Positions 56,676 through 64,000 of a DNA stretch of 64,000 nt are shown piece by piece. The stretch is from Candidatus Sericytochromatia bacterium (lineage in GTDB: Bacteria > Cyanobacteriota > Sericytochromatia > S15B-MN24 > UBA4093), in the NCBI GenBank assembly GCA_036676495.1, contig JAKFCT010000082.1, positions 1 to 64,000 on the forward strand, read 5' to 3'. The position numbers and the translations under genes are program-made. The notes below the pieces were generated by a model. It did not search any database. It had not been told where the DNA came from and worked only from the letters and a program-made list of their open reading frames with translations. Within the stretch, counting starts at the first letter, position 1. The number at the start of each line of letters is the position of its first letter.

Positions 56676-57167
56676 ATGATCGACTTGACCGTTTCCGGGG
56701 TGATCCTCGAGCCGCAGTCGCAGGCGCCGATCGTCGTCCTGAAGGATGCCGAGGAGCGGCGCGCCCTGTTGATCTGGGTGGGGGAGTTCGAGGCGAGCGC
56801 GATCGCCATGGCATTGGAGCATGTGCGGACTCCGCGGCCCCTGACGCATGATTTGCTGATGCGCCTGTCGGACGCCTTGGGCGCCAAGCTCCTCGAGGTG
56901 CGCATCAACGACATGCGCGAGGCCACGTTCTTCGCGGAGCTGGTCTTCGAGGCGGGCGGGCAGCAGCAGGTGGTGGACGCGCGGCCCTCGGATGCGATCG
57001 CCATGGCGCTACGGGCCGGGGCCCCGATCAAGGCGGCGGAGCCCGTCATGGAGTCCTCCGCGGTGCCGATCAGCCATGGCCAGGAAGAGGAAGAGTCCGA
57101 GGAGTTCCGGAAGTTCCTCGAGAACGTGAAGCCCAGTGACTTCGGAAAGTTCGGGGAGCGGTCCTAG
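56676..57167 (+). CDS. Bifunctional nuclease family (DUF151)
   Basis: IWVGxFEA, RPLTHDL, DARPSDAIAMALR; SD AAGGAG. Confidence 0.9.
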   Translation: MIDLTVSGVILEPQSQAPIVVLKDAEERRALLIWVGEFEASAIAMALEHVRTPRPLTHDLLMRLSDALGAKLLEVRINDMREATFFAELVFEAGGQQQVVDARPSDAIAMALRAGAPIKAAEPVMESSAVPISHGQEEEESEEFRKFLENVKPSDFGKFGERS

Positions 57168-57180
57168 GCGGATAGCCGCG

Positions 57181-57834
57181 CTAGACCGATTGCGCCGAGG
57201 CGACCCGCTCCCAGCTGAGCTGCGTGAGCTCCAGATCAAGCGACCGTGCCTCATGCCAGAGGCTGGTCGCTTTTCCTTCAATCTCCGCGGCGATTTCGGG
57301 CACTTCGCGGCTCTTGGCGAGGGCGAAGAGGGCGCAGGCCATGGTGGCGGCGGCGGCGGTGCGGGCGGCGAGGAAGGCGGCCGAGGTGCTTTGCGGGTGC
57401 CCGTAGCGCAGGACCGATTCGGCGAGGCCGAGCACTTCCTTGGCGGATTGCGCCAGGGACAGGGGGTTCTTGGCCTGGTTCGAGAGGGCGAGGGCGATGC
57501 AATCGCGCCGGACGGCGAGTTCTTCGGCCGAGCTCTGCGGCAGGGCATGGGCATGGCTGAGGCGGTTGGCGGCGATGGCGTCCTGGTCGATGGTTTCCTG
57601 GAGGCCGTCGGAGAGCGCTTCGGCACGGGTGATGATGCGGTTCATCTCCTCGGTCATGGGCTCGAAGCCGTCGCGGCCCAGGGTCTTGCGAGCGGCCTTG
57701 GCGACGAGGCTGGCGGCAAAGGCGGCCTGCATGGCGGCACCTCCGACGGTCCCCGGGCCTTGGGGGCTGGCGAACTCCTGGAAGAGTTCTTCGAGGGGAT
57801 AACGGTAGGAGGGAAGGTTTGCGGGTTTCGTCAC
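57181..57834 (-). CDS. Cyclodeaminase/cyclohydrolase (FTCD C-terminal)-like protein, divergent
   Basis: FxxxFAS, AASLVxxAARxTLGR, IDQDxxA, ALPQSS; all-helical pattern; start inferred. Confidence 0.6.
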   Translation of the reverse strand: MTKPANLPSYRYPLEELFQEFASPQGPGTVGGAAMQAAFAASLVAKAARKTLGRDGFEPMTEEMNRIITRAEALSDGLQETIDQDAIAANRLSHAHALPQSSAEELAVRRDCIALALSNQAKNPLSLAQSAKEVLGLAESVLRYGHPQSTSAAFLAARTAAAATMACALFALAKSREVPEIAAEIEGKATSLWHEARSLDLELTQLSWERVASAQSV

Positions 57835-58013
57835 CGGTGGTCTCTCTTGCTTGAAATGGGCCGGATGGGCCGAGCAAAGGGCATTATAGCATGCGGCATG
57901 CGTCACACTTCGCGCCGAAGGCTTGATCGAGAGGCAAGGGGCACGTTACACTGAGTCAATAACTTTCGCTTAATCTTTGTCGCGTTGTTACGACGTAGCC
58001 ATCAACAGAGGAG

Positions 58014-58790
58014 ATGACGATGAAACTGAAGCTTGCTGCCGCGCTCGTCGCCGGCACCGCCGCGATCACGATGCTCGCCGGCTGCCCCAACATCACCGCG
58101 CCGGATACCGGTAAGAAGGAAGAGTTCAAGTTCAGCCCCGACGCCCTGATCTCGGGCAAGGTCCTCTATGATGGTCAGGCCTTGAACTTCGCGGATGAGA
58201 CCTACAAGCACAAGTTCAAGCTCAAGAACGCCGAGACCGAGAAGGGGACGTCGATGAGCGCCGAGGCGGAGCTCAAGGACGGCATGTTCTTCGAGTACAC
58301 CTCCGGCCCCGAGGAGGGCAAGAAGTACCAGGTGATCTCGGACTACACGGGCGCGGAGCCGACCAAGGCTTCGGAAGTCAACATGATCCGTCTCTTCGTG
58401 ACGGACCCGATCAAGGCCGAGAAGGCAGCGCTCAATCCGATGGTGACCTTCGACCTCGAGTGGGTGATGAACCCCTCGGTGGAGTACAACTCGACCGTCA
58501 CCAAGGGCGCCTCGATGTCCTTCAAGGTCGATCCGATCCAGGGTCGCGAGGCGAAGTACCAGGTGCGCGTCCTCGACAGCAGCAAGACCTCGATCTACGA
58601 GTCGGCGTTCCAGACGACTCCGACCTTCGTGTGGGACATGAAGGCCAACAAGGGCACCAACAGCGGCAATACCGTCGCCGCGGGCAACTACTTCTACCAG
58701 ATCCTCTTCATGCAGAAGGATAAGGCGACGTACGACACCACGACGGCCTACTTCGGCGACAGCTTCCGGATTCCCTTCAAGATCCAGTAG
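58014..58790 (+). CDS. Lipoprotein with Ig-like/FlgD-like domains (paralog 1)
   Basis: Lipobox LAGC; WDMKANxG...AGNYFYQI. Confidence 0.75.
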   Translation: MTMKLKLAAALVAGTAAITMLAGCPNITAPDTGKKEEFKFSPDALISGKVLYDGQALNFADETYKHKFKLKNAETEKGTSMSAEAELKDGMFFEYTSGPEEGKKYQVISDYTGAEPTKASEVNMIRLFVTDPIKAEKAALNPMVTFDLEWVMNPSVEYNSTVTKGASMSFKVDPIQGREAKYQVRVLDSSKTSIYESAFQTTPTFVWDMKANKGTNSGNTVAAGNYFYQILFMQKDKATYDTTTAYFGDSFRIPFKIQ

Positions 58791-58804
58791 CTTCAAGACC
58801 ACAC

Positions 58805-58833
58805 GGGGGGCGCTTCGGCGCCCCCTTTCCTTT
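58805..58833 (+). terminator. Intrinsic terminator
   Basis: GGGGGCGC-TTCG-GCGCCCCC-TTTCCTTT. Confidence 0.75.
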
Positions 58834-58950
58834 GCCCGTATGCCGCAAAACTCCTTCTCTGCTCCGGCCAATCCCCGGCCGGGGCGATCGCCCTAGGATT
58901 TGGCCAGAAGCGATGAGGCCGGGGGGTCTCGTAGAGGAGGATGAACGCGC

Positions 58951-59700
58951 ATGAAGCTAAAGCGCTTGGGGCTCGGCATCGGCGTTCCGATGGCGATCGG
59001 CGTCTTGGTGGCTTGTAACGCCCTGCCGCCTGGCATCACTCCGGGGAACGAGTCGCTGACGGGGCGGGTGACCTTCAACAACCAGGCTCCCCCCGAACGC
59101 CTGACCGTTCGACTCCGCAGCGACCTCGGTGGCGGGCAGTTCTCGCCGGTGGTCGCGACCACGGCCCAGACGAACGCCAACGGGGAGTTCGCCTTCCAGA
59201 GTCTCGCCCAGGGGACCTATCAGCCTTACTGGGACGATCAGGGACAGATCACCTCGGATCCGGGAGTCAACACGGCGGGCGTCGCCGTGCCGGACGCCGT
59301 GCAGGTGACCGCCAACCAGACGACGGCCCCGAGCGTGAACTTCGACGTCGCCTGGCCGGTCAACCCCAACCCCACGGTGGATGCCTCGATTGCTCTGCCC
59401 TACAACTTCTCCTGGGCTCCCAAGCCGAACCTTCCGTCGGCCGCTCAGTACCAGGTCCTCGTCAAGCAGTACAACGCGGCCAACAAGACCGTGGGCGGCG
59501 ACATCTGGTCGTCGGCCTGGAACACCGGAAACTCGGTGAGCTGGAACGGGAATGCCGGCACCGAGACCAATAGCCCCACCGGAACGAAGGCGGGGGCCGG
59601 AGACTACGTCTACCAGGTCAAATACCGCAAGTCGGGCGGGACCTATGGTGGAGGCAACTTCTTCGGCCAGACCAAATGGATCCCCTTCAAGGTCCAGTAA
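58951..59700 (+). CDS. Lipoprotein with Ig-like/FlgD-like domains (paralog 2)
   Basis: Lipobox LVAC; TNANGEFAF; WNG...AGDYVYQV; ends IPFKVQ like paralog 1 (IPFKIQ). Confidence 0.75.
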   Translation: MKLKRLGLGIGVPMAIGVLVACNALPPGITPGNESLTGRVTFNNQAPPERLTVRLRSDLGGGQFSPVVATTAQTNANGEFAFQSLAQGTYQPYWDDQGQITSDPGVNTAGVAVPDAVQVTANQTTAPSVNFDVAWPVNPNPTVDASIALPYNFSWAPKPNLPSAAQYQVLVKQYNAANKTVGGDIWSSAWNTGNSVSWNGNAGTETNSPTGTKAGAGDYVYQVKYRKSGGTYGGGNFFGQTKWIPFKVQ

Positions 59701-59833
59701 CCGGTCGGGGAATCGGGCGCCGGGCTGTGGTCCGGCGCCTTCGCCATGGCGGGTTTAAGAATTCTTATCTGTTGCCTTGATGACGGCGCGCTAAAATTGT
59801 CATGCTGCGGGCCTGCCTTGTTGTCGAGAACGG

Positions 59834-60949
59834 ATGATCGAAGCCACCCCCCTTCACCTCGCCGAACTTCCCACCGTCCCAGGGGTCTACCTCTTCACGG
59901 GTCCTTCGGGGGAGACGCTCTACATCGGCAAATCCGTCAACCTGCGCGAGCGGGTCCGATCCTACTTCCGCAAGCACGGGGGGCATTCCAAGCGGACCAA
60001 GCGCCTTGCGAACGAGGTCTCGGGGATCCGCCTCCTGCCCACCGGGAACGAACTCGAAGCCCTGCTCCTGGAATCCCGTCTCATCAAGGAGTACCAGCCG
60101 CCTTACAACGTTCGCGGCCGGCGCTACGAACATTACCCCTTCGTCAAGATCACCCATGAGCCCTACCCGCGCCTCCTGGTCACGCGCCTGCTGGAGGATG
60201 ACGGAGCCCAGTACTTCGGTCCCTTTCACAGCGCGAGCCGCCTCACGGAGACGCTGGATGCCCTTCAGGCCTTCATGGGCTGGCGGCGCTGCAGCCAGCT
60301 GGAGGCCGCCCCCTGCCTGCACGCGCAGATCGGCCGCTGCCTCGCGCCATGCTCGGGGGAGGCCGACGCGGCCTACGCGACGATGATTGCCCAGGTGGGG
60401 GCGCTGTTGCGTGGTGAGCCCGGCCCGTTGCTCGGGGACCTGCGCGCCCAGATGCGGGAGGCGAGCGATGCCTTGGAGTTCGAACGGGCAGCTCGACTTC
60501 GCGACCGCCTGGCCCCGCTCGCGCGGCTGGTCGCGCGCCAGGAGCGCCTGCGGGGAGCGTTGAGCGAGCTCGACACGCTGGTGGTGGTCCCCGGTGCCTC
60601 CGAGGATTTTCAGCCCACCATCACCCTCCTGGCGATTCGCGCCGCGCGCTGGGTCGGGTCGTTCACCCTGCGGGCCGAGGACCTTCTGCGCTATCCCGAG
60701 CGCCGCAGGAGCCTCAAGCGACTCGAGCGCTTCCTCACGGAGCGCTTCGTGCTGGTCCCTCCCCCGCCCACCCGCATCTCCGCCGTCGAGCTCGACGAGG
60801 TTCAGATCGTGGGCTCTTGGCTGTTTCGCCAGCGCTTGAAACCCGGCTACTTCTCGATTCATGCGGGCCTGCAGGCCGAGACGGCGCGCGACGCCGTGGC
60901 CTTCGCGGTCGGAATGCTGCGTCCTTCGGGAAAAGATCAGCCGCGCTGA
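59834..60949 (+). CDS. UvrC N-terminal-like (Cho-like) GIY-YIG nuclease with UVR domain
   Basis: PGVYLF, YIGKSVNLRERVRSYF, EALLLE, CLxxQIGRCxAPC, LEFERAARLRD; no RNase H or HhH half. Confidence 0.85.
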   Translation: MIEATPLHLAELPTVPGVYLFTGPSGETLYIGKSVNLRERVRSYFRKHGGHSKRTKRLANEVSGIRLLPTGNELEALLLESRLIKEYQPPYNVRGRRYEHYPFVKITHEPYPRLLVTRLLEDDGAQYFGPFHSASRLTETLDALQAFMGWRRCSQLEAAPCLHAQIGRCLAPCSGEADAAYATMIAQVGALLRGEPGPLLGDLRAQMREASDALEFERAARLRDRLAPLARLVARQERLRGALSELDTLVVVPGASEDFQPTITLLAIRAARWVGSFTLRAEDLLRYPERRRSLKRLERFLTERFVLVPPPPTRISAVELDEVQIVGSWLFRQRLKPGYFSIHAGLQAETARDAVAFAVGMLRPSGKDQPR

Positions 60950-61016
60950 TCCTTGGGCGCTCGACGCCCCCCGACTAGGGTGGGAGACGGGGCGCGATCA
61001 TCCCGAGGAGGTCCTC

Positions 61017-62456
61017 ATGAAAATCCTGCTGGTCACGGCTGCGCTTCGTCCCGAGGCGAGCGGCATCGGGCTCGGCGGCTTGTCCGCAGCCCAGCGCGTC
61101 TCGGCACTGGCTGCGACCTTGAAGGCGAGCGGGCATGACGTCCGGGTGGCCACCTGCCTGGAAGGCTTCTCGGCGGAGGACAGATTGGAGATCGGTCGCT
61201 GGGGCGAAGAAGTCGCGGTTCCGGGAGGCCGCCTCTCCGTGCATGAGGGGCGTTGGGGAGAGGTTCCGCTCTATGTGCTGGGCGGCGGCCCCGAGGCGGG
61301 CCCGGGGACCTTGGCGCGCGGCGTGCCGGAACTCATGCGCATGGGCGATTGGCAGCCCGAGATCCTCCACGCGCACGACGCCGAGGCGGGGCTCTTGCCC
61401 CTGGTGATCCGGGATACCCTTCGCGATCAGCCCTTCTTCGAGCCGATGGCGCTGGTCTTCACCGTTCATGATCTGGCACGGCAGCTTGTCCAGCCGCCGG
61501 AGATGCTGGATCGCCTCGGGATCGACCGGCGCGTGCTCACGCTCGATGGGGCGGAGTACTACGGCCAGGTCAACGTCCTCAAGGCAGGCCTCACGTTCTC
61601 CGACGAGGTGACCTTGCCTTCCGAGCGCTATGCCCAGGAAGTGCAGGAGCCGACATTCGGGGAGGGCCTGGAAGGGGTTTTCCGCATGCTGGCCCGGAAG
61701 GGCAAGCTGAGCGGAGTGGCGGACGGGATCGATTACCGAAGTTTCGACCCGGCGGCGGATCCGGCGATCGCCCATCCCTTCACGTTGGTGAACCGCACCG
61801 GCAAGTCGCGTTGCAAGGAGGCCCTCCAGCGGGAGTTCGGCCTGCCTCATGAGGACGTTCCCTTGGTCGCGGTGATCGGCGAGCTCAGCGAGGCCAAGGG
61901 GCTCGATCTCATCCGGGAGACCATGGGGATCCTGAGCCACATGGGGATCCAGCTCGCGTTGCTGGGTTCGGGGCAGCCCGAGGACGAGGCGCTTTTCCGC
62001 GCGGCCTTCGCCGAGACCCGCGCCTTGCGGGGGGCGATCGGGTGGGATGAGCGGCTTGCGCGCCGGATGCTGGCCGGCGCGGACATGCTGCTGATGCCGG
62101 AGCGCTTCGAGCCGGACGGGTTCTGGCAGCAAGCCGCCATGCGCTACGGCACGGTGCCGGTCGTCTACGAGACGGGCGGCCTGGCCGATGCGGTGCGGGA
62201 GTTCCAGCCCCGCACGGGGGAAGGCACGGGCTTTCGTTTCTCGCGCTACAACGGAGAGGCCATGCTCGCGGCGTTGCGGCATGCGCAGGCGGTCTACGCG
62301 CAGCCGGCGGCATGGAGCCGCCTGGTGGTGAACGTGATGACGCGGGACTGGTCCTGGGAGGCGGCGGCCGCGCGCTACGAGCAGGCCTACGAGAGGGCGC
62401 TCGCAGCGCGGTCGCTTGCTTTGTCAGCGCGCGCGGTGCCGCCGCTGAGGGGCTAA
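61017..62456 (+). CDS. Glycogen synthase (GT5)-like protein with altered catalytic motifs
   Basis: HAHD, FTVH, NVLKAG, YAQE, AGADMLLMPxRFEP, YGTVPVV, TGGLAD. Confidence 0.8.
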   Translation: MKILLVTAALRPEASGIGLGGLSAAQRVSALAATLKASGHDVRVATCLEGFSAEDRLEIGRWGEEVAVPGGRLSVHEGRWGEVPLYVLGGGPEAGPGTLARGVPELMRMGDWQPEILHAHDAEAGLLPLVIRDTLRDQPFFEPMALVFTVHDLARQLVQPPEMLDRLGIDRRVLTLDGAEYYGQVNVLKAGLTFSDEVTLPSERYAQEVQEPTFGEGLEGVFRMLARKGKLSGVADGIDYRSFDPAADPAIAHPFTLVNRTGKSRCKEALQREFGLPHEDVPLVAVIGELSEAKGLDLIRETMGILSHMGIQLALLGSGQPEDEALFRAAFAETRALRGAIGWDERLARRMLAGADMLLMPERFEPDGFWQQAAMRYGTVPVVYETGGLADAVREFQPRTGEGTGFRFSRYNGEAMLAALRHAQAVYAQPAAWSRLVVNVMTRDWSWEAAAARYEQAYERALAARSLALSARAVPPLRG

Positions 62457-64000
62457 TCTCCCAGGTGGTGGAGCAGGAAGCCCCAGCGATCGCTGGCTTC
62501 CTCGATGAGCTTCGCCGTGGGTTTGCCTGCTCCGTGCCCGGCGCGCGTCTCGATCCGGATCATGACCGGTGCGGCGCTTCGCGTCTCGGTGCCCTGCGCG
62601 GGGCGTTGCGCTACGGCGTGCTGCAGGGCCGCGGCGAACTTGAAGCTATGGGCCGGGAAGACCCGGTCGTCGTGGTCGGCGGTCATGATCATGGTCGCCG
62701 GGTAGCGCGTTCCGGGTTTCACGTTATGCACGGGGGAGTAGGCGAGAAGGGCCTTGAACTCCTCGGGATCGCTCGACGTGCCGTAGTCAGAGGCCCAGGC
62801 CCAGCCGATCGTGAAGTGCTGGTAGCGGAGCATGTCGAGCACGCCGACCTCGGGGATGGCGGCTTTGAAGAGTTCCGGCCGCTGGGTCATGCAGGCTCCC
62901 ACCAGGAGGCCGCCGTTGCTGCCTCCCCCGATGGCGAGCTTCTGCGAAGAGGTGTAGCCGTTGGCGATCAGCCACTCGGCCGCAGCGATGAAGTCGTCGA
63001 AGACGTTCTGCTTCTTCAGCTTGGTTCCGGCCTGGTGCCAGTCCTGGCCGTACTCGCCCCCGCCCCGGAGGTTGGGCATGGCGTAGACGCCGCCCTGCTC
63101 CATCCAGACCAGGTTGCTGACCGAGAAGGTGGGAGTGAGCGAGACGTTGAAGCCGCCGTAGCCGTAGAGGTAGGTGGGGTTCTTGCCGTCGAGCGCGAGC
63201 CCCTTCCGGTGGGTGATGAACATGGGGATCCGCGTGCCGTCCTTGCTGGTGTAGAAGACCTGCTTGGTCTCGAAGCGCGACGGGTCGACATCCACCTCCG
63301 GCTTGCGGAAGCGCGTGCTCTTGCCGGTCTTCAAATCGTAGCGGTACAGGGTCGTGGGCGTCGTGAAGCTGGTGTAGGCGTAGAAGGTCTCCGTGTCGTG
63401 GCGCTTGCCGCCGAAGCCCCAGGCGCTTCCGATGCCGGGAAGGTCCACGTCTCTCACGAAGCGGCCATCCGTCCGGTAGAGCTTGACCACGCTCCGGGCA
63501 TCCTTGAGCGTGGTGACGACGAACATGTCCCCGAAGAGCGAGACGTCCTCGAGGTTCTCCGCGGACTGGGGGAGGGCTTCCTTCCAGTGCTCGGGAGCGG
63601 GCTTGCGGGTATCGACGGCGATTACCCGGCCACGCGGGGCGTTCCGGGTGGTCAGGATCCAGAAGACCGGACCGTCGTTGCCGATGAAGCTATAGGAGGC
63701 GTCCGCCTCATCCAGGAGCGGTACGATGGGGGAGCCCGGAACCGTGAGATCCTGGTAGTAGAGGCGGTTGTTGGGATCGGTGCCCTGGCTGACGTAGAGG
63801 ATCAGGTAGCGGCCGTCCTCGCTCACGCTCCCGTAGAAGCCCCATTCCTTCCGATCGGGCCGCTCGTAGACGAGCTTGTCCTGGGATTGCGGCTCGCCGA
63901 TGCGGTGGTAGTAGAGCTTCTGGTAGTAGTTGGCTTCCTTGAGGTCGTTGCCCTTGGGCGCGTCGTAGCGGCTGTAGAAGAAGCCCTTTCCATCCTTGGT
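62453..64000 (-). CDS. Prolyl oligopeptidase (S9A), 5'-partial
   Basis: YGYGGF, NLRGGGEYG, GGSNGGLL, DHDDRV, AGHG; frame stays open to the window end. Confidence 0.95.
   Translation of the reverse strand, partial: TKDGKGFFYSRYDAPKGNDLKEANYYQKLYYHRIGEPQSQDKLVYERPDRKEWGFYGSVSEDGRYLILYVSQGTDPNNRLYYQDLTVPGSPIVPLLDEADASYSFIGNDGPVFWILTTRNAPRGRVIAVDTRKPAPEHWKEALPQSAENLEDVSLFGDMFVVTTLKDARSVVKLYRTDGRFVRDVDLPGIGSAWGFGGKRHDTETFYAYTSFTTPTTLYRYDLKTGKSTRFRKPEVDVDPSRFETKQVFYTSKDGTRIPMFITHRKGLALDGKNPTYLYGYGGFNVSLTPTFSVSNLVWMEQGGVYAMPNLRGGGEYGQDWHQAGTKLKKQNVFDDFIAAAEWLIANGYTSSQKLAIGGGSNGGLLVGACMTQRPELFKAAIPEVGVLDMLRYQHFTIGWAWASDYGTSSDPEEFKALLAYSPVHNVKPGTRYPATMIMTADHDDRVFPAHSFKFAAALQHAVAQRPAQGTETRSAAPVMIRIETRAGHGAGKPTAKLIEEASDRWGFLLHHLGD

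Overview
High-GC bacterial chromosome segment, mostly housekeeping genes: spoVS, nadK-tlyA-DUF212-ispA, recJ, relA-rdgB, thyX, rpmE, secA, prfB (with its programmed +1 frameshift), an ADP-heptose/IctB/GT9 envelope cluster, two tRNA-Leu genes and a partial prolyl oligopeptidase. The SLH-porin, IctB, DUF4330, DUF212 and spoVS mix suggests a diderm Terrabacterium close to Cyanobacteria, such as Sericytochromatia (inference only). Highlights: (1) an SOS-box-controlled dnaE2-dinB cassette without imuA/imuB, whose 5' leader is a tandem pair of ~70-nt structured repeats and whose two genes are linked by a 19-codon mini-ORF copied from the dinB start; (2) a tightly coupled cytochrome c - chemoreceptor - outer-membrane barrel - lipoprotein cytochrome c operon facing a cytochrome c peroxidase; (3) two copies of a ~140-bp REP-doublet element whose core is inverted relative to its flanks; (4) several enzyme homologues with eroded catalytic motifs (MqnA, LarC, cyclodeaminase, GlgA, a receiver domain); (5) a lower-GC islet beside tRNA-Leu(CAA) with a Zn-finger/GIY-YIG-like gene and a Fic remnant. 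No CRISPR array, integrase or transposase was seen. All calls come from reading motifs by eye; no database searches were run.
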